Origin: Clostridia bacterium
GTDB lineage: Bacteria > Bacillota > Clostridia > Oscillospirales > CAG-272
DNA length: 64,000 bases
Assembly (NCBI GenBank): GCA_017465885.1
Contig: JAFTVG010000027.1
Location: forward strand, 52,799-116,798
Reading direction: 5' to 3'
Position numbers and translations under genes: made by a program
The notes under the pieces: model-generated
What the model was told of the DNA's origin: nothing
Databases searched by the model: none
Seen by the model: the letters and a program-made list of their open reading frames with translations, nothing else
In this document: piece by piece, positions 9,969 to 20,464 of the stretch
How positions within the stretch are numbered: position 1 is the first letter of the stretch
Layout: each line of letters starts with the position of its first letter

Positions 9969-10840
9969 TATCTGTTACCTCCTACAAAGAATAGTGCAAG
10001 GGTTCCGGGGCCGCTGTGTGCACCGATCACGGGACCGGTATAGCCGATGATGACCTTCTTAAAGCCCAGGTCCTTTTTCAGAATATCCGAAAGCATCTGC
10101 GCATCGCCAAGGCAGTCACCGTGGCAGATGAATGCGATCTCCTTGGTTTCGGGCAGCTCCCTGCCGTTTAAATAATTGGTCAAAGCCACGATGGATGCCT
10201 TTCTGCCTCTGGACTTGCCGATGGAGATCAGATGACCCTCGTCGTCCACGTGCAAAACGGGCTTGATGTTTAAAAGTCCGCCCACCAGTGCGGTTGCGGC
10301 GCTGACTCTGCCACCTCTCTTCAGGTAGACCAGATCGTCCACCGTGAAGGAATGGCAGATGTGGGGAACCAGCTCGGTGGCGTATTTCTGAATTTCCTCA
10401 ATGCTTCCGCCCTCGTCTGCCTTCTTTGCTACCAGATATACGAACAGTCCCTGTCCGAGGGAGGCACAAAGGCTGTCAACGGTCAGGATCTTTCTTTCGG
10501 GAAATTCCTCCATCACCGTCTGTGCCGCAAGATGACCCGAATGCCAGGTTGCGCTCAGTCCCGAGGAGAATCCCAGATACAGCACGTCCTTGCCTTCCTT
10601 GGCATAGCTTCTGAAGTGCTCCTCGAAGACACCCACCGAAACGGCGGCGGTGGTGGGAGTAGCTCCCTGCCGCATCATATTATAAAAATCGGCGTTTTTG
10701 ATCTCTCTTTCATCGGGATAGTGGGCGTAGTTTTTGCCGTCGACGGTCAGGGTCAGGGGAAGGACGTCCACCTGCAGCTCACTTACCAGAGCTTGATCCA
10801 GATCGCAGGCAGAGTCGGTGACGATTACGAATTTTCTCAT
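9968..10840 (-). CDS. DegV family fatty-acid-binding protein
   Basis: MRKFVIVTDSACDL...LPLTLTVDGKNY is a typical DegV N-terminus. The track ORF starts at TTG 10861. The ATG at 10840 is preferred. Confidence 0.85.
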   Translation of the reverse strand: MRKFVIVTDSACDLDQALVSELQVDVLPLTLTVDGKNYAHYPDEREIKNADFYNMMRQGATPTTAAVSVGVFEEHFRSYAKEGKDVLYLGFSSGLSATWHSGHLAAQTVMEEFPERKILTVDSLCASLGQGLFVYLVAKKADEGGSIEEIQKYATELVPHICHSFTVDDLVYLKRGGRVSAATALVGGLLNIKPVLHVDDEGHLISIGKSRGRKASIVALTNYLNGRELPETKEIAFICHGDCLGDAQMLSDILKKDLGFKKVIIGYTGPVIGAHSGPGTLALFFVGGNR

Positions 10841-10910
10841 AGCGTTTTTCTTTTTGCGCAAGTTTGCGCGCCTTTCTCAAATATAAAATATATCAAAGGG
10901 TGTAATACGT

Positions 10911-11687
10911 TCAGTCGTTTTGGGGGGCAGAGTCCTCCACTCTTCCCGAGACCACCTTGGACATTTCAGCCGCCTGCTCGTAGGAATTGCGGCGGTATTT
11001 GCCGTCTGCATCGCGGAAGAGGTAGAGGTGACCGTCTTCCATACGGTAGATCTTGTCCGCACGCTCGGCGATGCTGATGTCGTGGGTGACCATAATGATG
11101 GTCTGTCCGATGGTCTTTCTGGTTTCAAGCAGGAGCTCTAACACCTCGTCGGCGTTTTCTCTGTCAAGGTTGCCCGTGGGCTCGTCGGCAAAGAGGACCT
11201 GAGGACGGTTGATGAGCGCTCTTGCAATGGCAACGCGCTGTTGCTGACCGCCCGAAAGCTCGCCGGGCAGGTGATGGAGCCGATCGCCCAGCCTTAGTCC
11301 CTCGATCAGCTTTTTTAAGTGCTCCTCATAGCGGATCTCCTCTCTGTCGCACATCACGGTGGGCACGAGAATGTTTTCAAGGGCGGTGAACTGGGGAATC
11401 AGATTGTGCTTTTGGAAGACGAAGCCGATGAATCTTCCGCGGAAACGGCTGAGCTCGTCGGGCTTCATTTTGGTAATGTCGTTGCTGCGGATCTTCACCG
11501 AGCCGCTGGTAGGACGGTCAAGACCTGCAAGGATCTGCAAAAGGGTACTTTTACCCGATCCGGAGGTACCGATGATGGCGATGAATTCGCCATCCTCCGC
11601 CGAGAAGTCCACGTGGTTCACGGCGTACAGCTTGTTTTCTGCCTGCGTATACAGTTTGATCAGATCTTTTGCTTCAAGAATAGCCAT
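10911..11687 (-). CDS. ABC transporter ATP-binding protein (MacB/LolD/FtsE-like)
   Basis: 258 aa. Walker A GTSGSGKST, signature LSGGQQQRVAIARAL, Walker B VLFADEPTGNLD. An FtsX-type permease gene lies upstream. Confidence 0.92.
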   Translation of the reverse strand: MAILEAKDLIKLYTQAENKLYAVNHVDFSAEDGEFIAIIGTSGSGKSTLLQILAGLDRPTSGSVKIRSNDITKMKPDELSRFRGRFIGFVFQKHNLIPQFTALENILVPTVMCDREEIRYEEHLKKLIEGLRLGDRLHHLPGELSGGQQQRVAIARALINRPQVLFADEPTGNLDRENADEVLELLLETRKTIGQTIIMVTHDISIAERADKIYRMEDGHLYLFRDADGKYRRNSYEQAAEMSKVVSGRVEDSAPQND

Positions 11688-11705
11688 GGTCGGATCCTTT
11701 CTTCG

Positions 11706-13997
11706 TTAAATCTCGTCAACCTGAGTGAACTCTGCCGCGATGTGGTCGCTGACGCTTCTCTTGTAGAGCAGTCCGCAAAGGGCGACTTGCCCGAAGGAGA
11801 AGAGCAGAGTGAGCACCAGCCCGATAAGGAAGGGCAGAGGCGCGATCACCGGGTAGAAGGTGGATGCGGAAACGGTGCTGTCGATGAACATGATCACGTA
11901 GGGGGTGTTAAGCAGCTTGCAAAGCAGTCTGATGGCAATGAAGGTACCTGCCCCATAGCAAATACCCGAAAGGATCGCCATTGCGATGCCGTCCACCATA
12001 AAGATGGTCTTCAGATCCTTTGAGGTGGCGCCCACGGCGCGCAGGACGTCAAATTCCAGATGCCGTTTCTTGTAGAAGAGGATCTGGGAGAAGAAGCCTG
12101 CAAGGGGTGAAACGGCAAAGACCAGAGCGGAAAGCACGAGGATCATTCCGTGGTTGTTCTGCCCCTCGGTGATCTGCTCGTTTACCGTGCCGTAATCCAC
12201 GCTGACCTCGATCCCTCCGAAGTGGGTGATGAAATTCTGGATCAGGCTTAAAGCCTTGCTTTCGTTTTCGTCGTTTTCAAGATGGATGCGGATGCGGCTG
12301 TAGTCGGGCTCGTTGCCCATTACCGCGCAATAGGCGCTCTCCTGCCCCTCTTCTTTGAGGGTGGGCAGATAGGCGACCATGCCCGAATAGTCTGCGTAGT
12401 TGGTGATGACTGCTGCCACGGTAAAGGGTCGGTAGACGAAGACCGATCCTGCAAGCCACTGGTCGAAGGTGTTGATCTCAAGATCGCCGCCCACGCCGCT
12501 CATTCCATAGCGATCCACGGGGAGCATCACGGTGTCTCCCGGCTTCAAGGAGTTTGCCTTTTTGTTTGCCAGATGGGTGGACACGATGACGGCGTTGGGG
12601 TCGGTGAGCAGCAGTGTGGGGTCGCCCACACAGTCGTATTTGTAGATCTGCTCAAAGCACTCCTTGGTGTCGGCGTCGTAGGGAAGGACCTTGAGCGCCT
12701 CTGTGGCACTGTAGTCTGCGTTGCCGGGGCATTTGGAAAAGACGCCCGACTCAATGCGCTCGGTGGGAATGGCAATGTGCGTGCCGTGGTGATTGCTTGT
12801 GGAAATGCCCATGGATTCCAGTCTTTCCAAAAGCTCTTCGGTGGGATCCACCGCTGTTTTTTCAAGAATATAAGGGTCAAAGCCGTATTCCTCGGCATTT
12901 ACGTCGAAATACGCCTTGAACAGGTCGTAATCGGCACCGCCCGAAAGCTTCAGGGTGATGTCGGGTTGCGCTTTGTCGGTGCGCACGGTGTATACGTCTG
13001 ACAGATACCATCCAACGTTGAAGAGGATGGCAAAGGAAACGGTGGACAGCAGAAGCATGGCAATATAGGAGCGGAAGCGCCACATTGCCCAAAGCTCTGT
13101 ATAGACGGGAGATCTTTTCAAAAAGACCTTGGAGCGTCTGACCGAGCGCACGTAGTTGGAGTTGTCCTGCGCCTTCATCAGCTTTGAGGGATTGCCCGAA
13201 GCCAGCACCCGCATAGGCAGCAGAAGTGCAAGAAGCGAGCAGAGCAGGGGCAGAAGCAACATAATGGGCAGCGACAGCAGGTAAAAGCCGAAGGGCTGTC
13301 CGAAGGGCAGGTAGAGGAGTGCGGAGACGATATACGTCAAGGGCAGGGCGGGGATGAAGGAAAGCAGGGCGATGAGCATGACCTCGTAAAAGGCACTGCC
13401 CACCAGCTTTTTGAAATCGCCGCCGAACGCCATATAGATGCTGTAGGTGAATTTGAAGTGATTGATGCGGATGCGGAAGAGCGCCATCAACAAAAGGAAG
13501 GACAGGGCGCACAGCAGTCCCAGCAGGGCAATGAAGCCGGGAATGTCCTTTCCAAGGGAGATCTCCGCGTCGTAAAGGGGTGTGGTGATGAGTGCCACCC
13601 TCACGCTGCCTTGGTTGATCTTGCCAACCACCTGAGCCAAAAAGCGGGCGCGGCTGTTTTCAAGATCGCCCTTGAAGTTGATGCGGGTCTGCCCGCTTTC
13701 GGTGAAGGAATAGTCGAAATATTTGTCGTCCTTGTCAAGGGTGCTGTGCACCTCTCTTAAAACGTTGGCGTCGGACGGCGTGGCACCGCTGAGATACCCG
13801 TGATAGGTATAGCCTGCCTCCTCGATCACCGATCTTTCCACCTTGCGGTTATTCATAAAGGAGACGGAGATCACGCCGAAGAGCACTTCTACCATGATCA
13901 GCGCCATAAAGAAGCAAAGGTACTCCTTGAAATTGCTTTTGATGGTCTTGTAAGCGCCCTTCATATTGCGCTTGAGGTTCATTAGAAATATACTCAT
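11706..13997 (-). CDS. ABC transporter permease, FtsX-like (two FtsX modules)
   Basis: 763 aa. A large extracytoplasmic region separates TM bundles. It sits directly upstream of its ATPase (18-nt gap). Confidence 0.8.
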   Translation of the reverse strand: MSIFLMNLKRNMKGAYKTIKSNFKEYLCFFMALIMVEVLFGVISVSFMNNRKVERSVIEEAGYTYHGYLSGATPSDANVLREVHSTLDKDDKYFDYSFTESGQTRINFKGDLENSRARFLAQVVGKINQGSVRVALITTPLYDAEISLGKDIPGFIALLGLLCALSFLLLMALFRIRINHFKFTYSIYMAFGGDFKKLVGSAFYEVMLIALLSFIPALPLTYIVSALLYLPFGQPFGFYLLSLPIMLLLPLLCSLLALLLPMRVLASGNPSKLMKAQDNSNYVRSVRRSKVFLKRSPVYTELWAMWRFRSYIAMLLLSTVSFAILFNVGWYLSDVYTVRTDKAQPDITLKLSGGADYDLFKAYFDVNAEEYGFDPYILEKTAVDPTEELLERLESMGISTSNHHGTHIAIPTERIESGVFSKCPGNADYSATEALKVLPYDADTKECFEQIYKYDCVGDPTLLLTDPNAVIVSTHLANKKANSLKPGDTVMLPVDRYGMSGVGGDLEINTFDQWLAGSVFVYRPFTVAAVITNYADYSGMVAYLPTLKEEGQESAYCAVMGNEPDYSRIRIHLENDENESKALSLIQNFITHFGGIEVSVDYGTVNEQITEGQNNHGMILVLSALVFAVSPLAGFFSQILFYKKRHLEFDVLRAVGATSKDLKTIFMVDGIAMAILSGICYGAGTFIAIRLLCKLLNTPYVIMFIDSTVSASTFYPVIAPLPFLIGLVLTLLFSFGQVALCGLLYKRSVSDHIAAEFTQVDEI

Positions 13998-14159
13998 GAA
14001 TATTCTCTTTTCACCGTACAGACTTTTCGATCAAGCGCCCGCAGGCAAATTGATCCGCTTCTTCATACTCGTTCACTATATTATACCACACAAAGGGCGT
14101 ATTGTCAAGAACGATGGTTGTTGATTTGACAACAACCGAGCAAACTTTGCCGTTTTTTT

Positions 14160-14215
14160 AATAAAAAAAGAACGCTTATTCACAAAGAAGAGCGGTCTTC
14201 CTTGTGAATAAGCGT
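14160..14215 (-). terminator. purA terminator
   Basis: ACGCTTATTCACAA (14172-14185) pairs with TTGTGAATAAGCGT (14202-14215). A T7 run follows on the minus strand (A-run 14163-14169). Confidence 0.8.
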
Positions 14216-14237
14216 ATTGTGTGGCTTTATTTGCCGA

Positions 14238-15509
14238 TCATCTTTCGATGTACGCGTCTCTTTCGGCGCCCACCGAAACGTACTTGATGGTGCAACCGGA
14301 CAGCTTTTCCAGCTTCAGCACATAGTTTCTTGCCTCCTCGGGCAGATCCTCAAAGGTTCTCACACCCGAGATGTCGCACTTCCAGCCGGGCATATACTCG
14401 ATCACGGGCTTTGCCTTGTTGAGTGCTTCGCCGGTGGGGAAGTCGTAGGTCTTTTCGCCGTCGATCTCGTAAGCGGTGCACACGGGGATCTGGTCAAGGT
14501 AGGACAGCACGTCCATCTTGGTCAGCGCCAGTACGTCGGCACCCTGCACTCTCACGCCGTAGCGGGAAGCAACTGCGTCAAAGGCACCCACTCTTCTGGG
14601 TCTGCCGGTAGCCGCGCCGTACTCGCCGCCTGCTTCTCTGAGCGCCTCAGCCTCGTCGCCCCACATTTCCACGGTGAAGGGACCTTCGCCAACGCAGGAG
14701 GAGTATGCCTTCATGATGCCGATGGACAGGTCGATCTTGTGGTTGGGGATACCTGCACCCACGGGGCCGTAAGCCGCGATGGTGGAGGAAGAGGAGGTGT
14801 AGGGGTAGATACCGAAGTCGATGTCACGAAGCGCACCGAGCTGTGCCTCCAGCATCACTCTCTTGCCTTCCTTCATCGCATTGTCCAGGTAGAGGGAGGT
14901 GTCGCAGATGAAGGGCTTGAAGATGTCGCCGTAGGTCTTCAGCCAGCCGAGGATGGCTTCGTAAGACAGCTTTTCTGCGCCGTATACCTTTTCAACGGTG
15001 AGCGACTTGAAGTCCACGATGTCCTTCAGTCTGCTTTCCAGATACTCGGGGTGGAGCAGGTCACCCATACGGATGCCCTTCTTCATATATTTGTCGCCGT
15101 AAACGGGGGAGATGCCTCTGCCGGTGGAGCCGAACTTCTTGTCCTTGAGTCTCTGCTCCTCCATACGGTCTAAAGCCACGTGGTAGGGCATACAGATCTG
15201 TGCCTTGTCGCTGATCTTCAGGTTTGCGGGGGTGATCTTCACTCCTGCATCGGTCAGTCTCTTCACCTCTCCTGCCAGATGCTCGATGTCGATAACCATA
15301 CCGTTACCCATCACGCACACCACTTCCTCGCGCAAAATGCCGGAGGGAAGCAGATTAAGGATGAACTTACCCAAATGGTTTACCACGGTGTGGCCTGCGT
15401 TGTTACCGCCCTGGTAACGGACCACCACGTCCTGCTCTTCGGAAAGCAGGTCTACCATACGTCCTTTTCCTTCGTCGCCCCAGTTGATGCCTACGATTGC
15501 AGTTAACAT
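14238..15509 (-). CDS. purA: adenylosuccinate synthase
   Basis: 423 aa. VGINWGDEGKGRMVD...VVRYQGGNNAGHTV is the canonical PurA N-terminus. Confidence 0.96.
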   Translation of the reverse strand: MLTAIVGINWGDEGKGRMVDLLSEEQDVVVRYQGGNNAGHTVVNHLGKFILNLLPSGILREEVVCVMGNGMVIDIEHLAGEVKRLTDAGVKITPANLKISDKAQICMPYHVALDRMEEQRLKDKKFGSTGRGISPVYGDKYMKKGIRMGDLLHPEYLESRLKDIVDFKSLTVEKVYGAEKLSYEAILGWLKTYGDIFKPFICDTSLYLDNAMKEGKRVMLEAQLGALRDIDFGIYPYTSSSSTIAAYGPVGAGIPNHKIDLSIGIMKAYSSCVGEGPFTVEMWGDEAEALREAGGEYGAATGRPRRVGAFDAVASRYGVRVQGADVLALTKMDVLSYLDQIPVCTAYEIDGEKTYDFPTGEALNKAKPVIEYMPGWKCDISGVRTFEDLPEEARNYVLKLEKLSGCTIKYVSVGAERDAYIER

Positions 15510-15675
15510 TTCCTTTGTTCCGCCTTTCAGTATTTAAAACGTTCTAAATTGGGAGATCGGATCTATTTTCGGCAAAGCCGAAGTTTTTGAAGAGGAGCCT
15601 TCGTTGAGAGTCCGAGGGCTTTTCTTCTTTTGTCTTGTCGCCGTCTTCTTTACAGCACAAAACACATACCATCTT

Positions 15676-15704
15676 ATTATACATCTTTTTTTGTCTTTTG
15701 TAAA
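15676..15704 (-). promoter_or_regulatory. candidate sigma-A promoter of purA
   Basis: Minus strand: TTTACA - 17 nt - TATAAT. The complement of 15699-15704 is the -35 and of 15676-15681 is the -10. It lies ~165 nt upstream of the ATG. Confidence 0.55.
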
Positions 15705-15839
15705 GGGATAAACGCCGATTTTTTTCATATTTCTTATCTATATCCCCTATAAGGCCAAATTATAATTATTGGTTTTCTATAATTTGTCCTTATGCAAGCG
15801 GTGGAGCAGAAAAAAGTGGAACAAAAGATTTTTTCACTG

Positions 15840-15868
15840 TTGACAGAAAGAAAAAAAAGGTGTATAAT
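15840..15868 (+). promoter_or_regulatory. candidate sigma-A promoter of the marR-ABC operon
   Basis: TTGACA (15840-15845) - 17 nt - TATAAT (15863-15868). An imperfect palindrome, TTAGTTTGAAATCTAA, follows just downstream and is a possible MarR operator. Confidence 0.7.
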
Positions 15869-15919
15869 GATGTTAGTTTGAAATCTAATTAACGGTTTCG
15901 GCAGAAAGGAAGAATCACA

Positions 15920-16408
15920 ATGAGCAACAAATGCAAAAAGAACAACCACCCCAAGGAGATCATGTTTTTGGTCAATCACCTTTCCCGCATCTTCCAACAG
16001 GAAATGCGCAAGGTCTGTGAGGAAAACGGCGTGCCTGCCGCCTACAGAAACCTGCTGTTCCATTTGGTACACAACGATGGCTGCAGCCAGAGATTGCTTG
16101 CCGAAAAGACCGGTCTGAAGCCCTCCACCATCAGCATTACGCTGGATAAAATGGAGCACGACGGCTACGTTTCCAGAGAGCGCAACAGCATGGACCAGCG
16201 CGCTGTGAAGGTGTTCCTCACCGAAAAGGGTATGAAGATCGACAGAGCCAACAGAGAAAGGATCGCGGAGCTGGATGCACTGTTCAGCAGCACGGTGACG
16301 CCCGAGGAAAAGGCTCAGCTGATCCTGCTTCTTGAAAAGGTGATGAAAGGATATTGGGAGACGCAGGAAGGCGACTGCTCTCAGCTTTGCCACGAGGGCA
16401 AAAAATAA
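15920..16408 (+). CDS. MarR family transcriptional regulator
   Basis: 162 aa. Winged-HTH segment QRLLAEKTGLKPSTISITLDKMEHDGYVSRERNSMDQRAVKVFLTEKG. Confidence 0.88.
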   Translation: MSNKCKKNNHPKEIMFLVNHLSRIFQQEMRKVCEENGVPAAYRNLLFHLVHNDGCSQRLLAEKTGLKPSTISITLDKMEHDGYVSRERNSMDQRAVKVFLTEKGMKIDRANRERIAELDALFSSTVTPEEKAQLILLLEKVMKGYWETQEGDCSQLCHEGKK

Positions 16409-16420
16409 ACGAGGCACAGA

Positions 16421-18391
16421 ATGAAAAAATGGTTTAAATACGTCAAGCCCTATTGGGTATACTTCGTGTGCGGACCTCTTTGTATGATCGTCGAGGTGAT
16501 CGGCGAGGTGCTGATGCCCTCCTTCTTTGCCAGGGTGATGAACTTGGGCTCTGCCTTCCAGGGGATCGAAAAGGAGATCGCCGCGGCGGCTGAAGCCATT
16601 GGCGCGGGTACGGCTTACGATCCCGAAACGCTGGCAACCTTCGTCAAGCATTTGGGAAACGACGCACTTTCCTCGGCAATGTCTCTTTTTGAAGGGGCTT
16701 TTGAAAGTGGTGACACCGTGGGCGCGCAAGCCGCACTTGCCAAAATGGCAGAGGCGGCAGAGCTTGTTACCGCAGAGCCCTACGTTTGGCAGACCATGGG
16801 CACCGCTCTTCTGATGGTGCTGGTGGCGCTGATCATGATGCTCGGCGGCGTGGGCGGTGCATATTTCGGCTCCAAGGCGTCGGTCAACTTTGGTGCAGAT
16901 CTGAGAAACGATCTTTTTTCCAAGGTGCAGGGCTTTTCCTTTGCCAGCATCGATAAGTTTTCCACCGGATCTCTTGTGACCCGACTGACCAACGACGTCA
17001 CCCAGATCCAGAATACCGTGAATATGATGCTTCGTATGATGCTCCGTTCCCCCGGTATGATGATCGGTGCGCTCATTATGGCAATTTCGCTTCGCCCCGA
17101 CCTGTCGGTCATTCTGGCGGTGGTTCTGCCCCTGATGCTTTTGTCGGTGGGTGCCATCGTGCTGGTGGGCTTCCCCCGCTTTGGCAGAATGCAGGAAAAG
17201 ATGGACGCGCTCAACTCCACCGTGCAGGAAAACATCACCAACGTGCGGGTGGTCAAGTCCTTTGTCAGCGAGGAGCGGGAAAAGGAAAAGTTCAGAACTG
17301 CCAACAGAAATATGAAGAACGCAGGTATGTCGGCAATGAAGGTGATGATCTTTATGTCGCCGGTGATGACCATTTTTATGAACGTGACCACCATGACCAT
17401 CCTTTGGTTTGGCGCGCGGATGGTGCAGAACCACGGTATGGAGATCGGTGACCTGTCGGCGTTTATCTCCTACGTAACCCAGATCCTCTCCTCTTTGATG
17501 ATGGTGACCTTTATGATCGTCTCCTTCTCCCGTGCGGCGGCGTCGGCAAAGCGTATCAACGCCGTGCTTGACGAAAAGACCGATCTGACCGATGAAAATG
17601 CAGGGCGCAAGGAGGCGGTGATCGAGAAGGGCGAGATCGTTTTCGAGAACGTGACCTTCCGCTACTATAAGGGAAGCGAGGACCCCGTTCTCTCCAAGAT
17701 CGATTTGAAGATCCCCGCAGGCAGTACGGTGGGCATCATCGGCTCTACCGGATGCGGCAAGACCACTCTCGTGTCGCTCATCCCCCGTCTTTACGATGCG
17801 GACGAGGGAAGGGTGCTTATCGACGGCATCGACGTGAAGGACTATTCGCTTTACAACCTGCGCGAGGGGGTGGGTATGGTGCTTCAGAAGAACGTGCTGT
17901 TCTCGGGCACCATCGAGTCAAACCTTCGGTGGGGCGATCAGGAGGCGGATATGGATGCCATCTTAGAGGCTTCCACCCTGGCGCAGGCAGACAAGTTCGT
18001 GTCCACCTTCAAGGAGGGCTACGACACCGAGCTTGATCAGGGCGGCACCAACGTTTCGGGCGGTCAGAAGCAAAGGCTTTGCATTGCAAGGGCGCTTCTG
18101 AAGAAGCCCAAGATCCTGATCCTTGACGACTCCACCTCTGCAGTGGACACCGCCACCGAGCGGCAGATCAGGCAGGGTCTTGCCGATTATCTCAACGACT
18201 CCACCAAGATCATCATCGCACAGCGCATCAGCTCGGTGAAGGACGCCGACCTGATCGTGGTGATGGACAACGGCAGGATCGCCGCTGTGGGAGACCACGA
18301 GGAGCTGTTGGAGATCAGCGAGGAATATAAGGAAATTTTTGTCTCCCAGACCGATGGGCGCAGTCAGCCCGTCGCTGCGGCAAAGGCGTGA
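16421..18391 (+). CDS. ABC exporter, fused permease/ATPase (half of a heterodimeric pair)
   Basis: 656 aa. Six-TM exporter domain followed by Walker A GSTGCGKTT, signature VSGGQKQRLCIARAL, Walker B ILILDDSTSAVD. Confidence 0.92.
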   Translation: MKKWFKYVKPYWVYFVCGPLCMIVEVIGEVLMPSFFARVMNLGSAFQGIEKEIAAAAEAIGAGTAYDPETLATFVKHLGNDALSSAMSLFEGAFESGDTVGAQAALAKMAEAAELVTAEPYVWQTMGTALLMVLVALIMMLGGVGGAYFGSKASVNFGADLRNDLFSKVQGFSFASIDKFSTGSLVTRLTNDVTQIQNTVNMMLRMMLRSPGMMIGALIMAISLRPDLSVILAVVLPLMLLSVGAIVLVGFPRFGRMQEKMDALNSTVQENITNVRVVKSFVSEEREKEKFRTANRNMKNAGMSAMKVMIFMSPVMTIFMNVTTMTILWFGARMVQNHGMEIGDLSAFISYVTQILSSLMMVTFMIVSFSRAAASAKRINAVLDEKTDLTDENAGRKEAVIEKGEIVFENVTFRYYKGSEDPVLSKIDLKIPAGSTVGIIGSTGCGKTTLVSLIPRLYDADEGRVLIDGIDVKDYSLYNLREGVGMVLQKNVLFSGTIESNLRWGDQEADMDAILEASTLAQADKFVSTFKEGYDTELDQGGTNVSGGQKQRLCIARALLKKPKILILDDSTSAVDTATERQIRQGLADYLNDSTKIIIAQRISSVKDADLIVVMDNGRIAAVGDHEELLEISEEYKEIFVSQTDGRSQPVAAAKA

Positions 18392-18400
18392 GAGGGGAGG

Positions 18401-20395
18401 ATGAAGAATATGGCAAAAAGAAGTCTTGAAGAGCTGCAAAAGCAGTATACATCCTCCGCACCCGCAAACGGAAAGGGCGGACCCGGCGGTCCCGGAAGAC
18501 CGATGGGCCCGGGCAGAGGCGGCCCCATGCGGGGCAGAATGGGCGGCAAGCCCAAGGACACCAAGAAGACCCTTTTGCGGATGTTCGGCTATCTTGGGAA
18601 ATTCAAATTAAGACTGCTGGCAGTCCTCTTTTGTATGCTTGGGTCTACTCTTACCGCGCTTGTGGCATCCTTTATGTTAAGCCCGGTGATCAACCGCATC
18701 GCAGGGGTAGAGCTTGACGAAAAGGCGGGCGTGTTCGTCCGTCTTGCCGATAGGATCTTTGACTCTCTGGCGTCTACCCCTCTTTTTGAAAGCCTGCTTT
18801 CAAGAGAGGATTTCACCCCGATGCTGGTCTATCTTGCGGCGGCGATCTGCATTATGGCGTTTATCTATCTGTCGGGCATTGCCTTCAACTACCTGCAGGG
18901 CAGACTGATGCTGTCGGTCTCTCAGGGGGTGGGCGAGAACCTGAGAAACGATCTCTTTGAAAAGCTGCAGACCCTGCCCGTGCGCTATTTTGATGCCAAC
19001 AGCACGGGCGAGGTGATGAGCCGCTTTACAAACGACATCGACAACATCGATATGATGCTCAACAACTCCTTGATTTCGGTGATCTCGGGCACCATTTCTC
19101 TTGTGGGTACCTTCGTCTTTATGATCACCACCAATATCTGGCTGACGTTGATCATCCTGCTCTTTACCCCCATCTTCATTTTCGGTGGCGGTATGATCGC
19201 CAAGCGCAGCTCCAAGTATTATAAGGGACAGCAGTCTGCCCTTGGCGCGGTCAACGGCTACATCGAGGAGTCGGTGACGGGACAAAAGGTGGTCAAGGTC
19301 TTCAACCACGAGGAAACCTGCGTGGAGGAATTTGAAACGCTCAACGACGATCTGCGGGATAAGCAGTTCAAGGCGCAGTTCTTCGGCGGCATTATGGGTC
19401 CCATTATGGGCAATACCTCTCAGATCACCTACGCCTTCACCGTGTGCGTCGGCGGCGTGCTGATGTTCCTTACCGGCTTTACCCCCGGTGAGCTGACCGT
19501 CTTCTCCACCTACTCAAGACAGTTCTCCCAGCCCATCAATATGATCTCCCAGCAGATGTCGGCGGTGTTCTCCGCTTTGGCTGGTGCGGAAAGAGTCTTC
19601 TCGGTGATGGATATGGAGCCCGAGCAGGCGGATGCCCCCGATGCAGATCCCATGCCCGATATGAAGGGCTACGTGAGAATGGAGAACGTCACCTTCGGCT
19701 ATCTGCCCGACAAGACGGTGCTTAAAAACATCTCCCTTTACGCCAAGCCCGGTCAGAAGATCGCCTTCGTGGGCTCTACGGGCGCGGGCAAGACCACGGT
19801 GACAAACCTGCTAAACCGCTTCTACGATATCGAAGAGGGCAGTATCACCATCGACGGCGTGGACATCAAGCAGATCAAGAGAGAGGTGCTTCGAAAGAAC
19901 ATCGCAATGGTTTTGCAGGATACCCACCTGTTTACGGGCACCGTGATGGAGAATATCCGCTACGGCAGACCCGACGCCACCGACGAAGAGGTGATCGCCG
20001 CGGCAAAGACCGCCTCGGCGCACTCCTTCATTATGCGTCTGGAGCACGGCTATCAGACCATGCTCACGGGCGACGGCGCAAACCTGTCCCAGGGTCAAAG
20101 ACAGCTGTTGAATATCGCCAGAGCCGCAATCTCCAAAGCCCCCATATTGGTGCTGGACGAGGCGACCTCCTCGGTGGATACCAGAACCGAGCGGCATATC
20201 GAGCGGGGTATGGATCGGATCATGAGTACCCGTACCACCTTCGTTATTGCCCACAGACTGTCCACCGTCCGCAATTCCAACGCCATTATGGTGCTTGAAA
20301 AGGGCGAGATCATCGAGAGAGGCACCCACGAGGAGCTTCTGCAGATGAAGGGCAGATACCACGAGCTTTACACCGGTAAAGCAGAGCTTGACTAA
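18401..20395 (+). CDS. ABC exporter, fused permease/ATPase (second half; Gly/Pro-rich N-terminal extension)
   Basis: 664 aa. GSTGAGKTT, LSQGQRQLLNIARAA, ILVLDEATSSVD. The N-terminal ~55 aa are low-complexity GGPGGPGRPMGPGRGGPMRGRMGG. Confidence 0.92.
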   Translation: MKNMAKRSLEELQKQYTSSAPANGKGGPGGPGRPMGPGRGGPMRGRMGGKPKDTKKTLLRMFGYLGKFKLRLLAVLFCMLGSTLTALVASFMLSPVINRIAGVELDEKAGVFVRLADRIFDSLASTPLFESLLSREDFTPMLVYLAAAICIMAFIYLSGIAFNYLQGRLMLSVSQGVGENLRNDLFEKLQTLPVRYFDANSTGEVMSRFTNDIDNIDMMLNNSLISVISGTISLVGTFVFMITTNIWLTLIILLFTPIFIFGGGMIAKRSSKYYKGQQSALGAVNGYIEESVTGQKVVKVFNHEETCVEEFETLNDDLRDKQFKAQFFGGIMGPIMGNTSQITYAFTVCVGGVLMFLTGFTPGELTVFSTYSRQFSQPINMISQQMSAVFSALAGAERVFSVMDMEPEQADAPDADPMPDMKGYVRMENVTFGYLPDKTVLKNISLYAKPGQKIAFVGSTGAGKTTVTNLLNRFYDIEEGSITIDGVDIKQIKREVLRKNIAMVLQDTHLFTGTVMENIRYGRPDATDEEVIAAAKTASAHSFIMRLEHGYQTMLTGDGANLSQGQRQLLNIARAAISKAPILVLDEATSSVDTRTERHIERGMDRIMSTRTTFVIAHRLSTVRNSNAIMVLEKGEIIERGTHEELLQMKGRYHELYTGKAELD

Positions 20396-20413
20396 ATAGC
20401 TGCATCAACCATC

Positions 20414-20449
20414 AAAAAAGGGCAGATCCCGCGGGATCTGCCCTTTTCT
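20414..20449 (+). terminator. bidirectional terminator between convergent ABC genes
   Basis: A perfect 24-nt palindrome, GGGCAGATCCCGCGGGATCTGCCC (20420-20443), is flanked by an A-run and a T-run. Confidence 0.85.
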
Positions 20450-20464
20450 CTTGAAAAGGTCCTT

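Noticed and set aside
14217-15173. 318-aa plus-strand ORF
   Set aside because: It is antisense to purA, which is unambiguous. It has no RBS and a low-complexity G/V/H composition.
15510-15700. Looked for a purine riboswitch in the ~165-nt purA leader
   Set aside because: I could not find the conserved purine-riboswitch junction and loop motifs by eye. Only generic hairpins are present. An Rfam scan would be needed to be certain.
15734-17434. 566-aa His/Gly/Arg-rich ORF on the minus strand
   Set aside because: It runs antisense through the marR gene and the first ABC exporter gene. Both have strong family signatures. Its composition is the typical mirror-frame artefact of GC-rich coding DNA, it has no RBS, and it spans the marR promoter.
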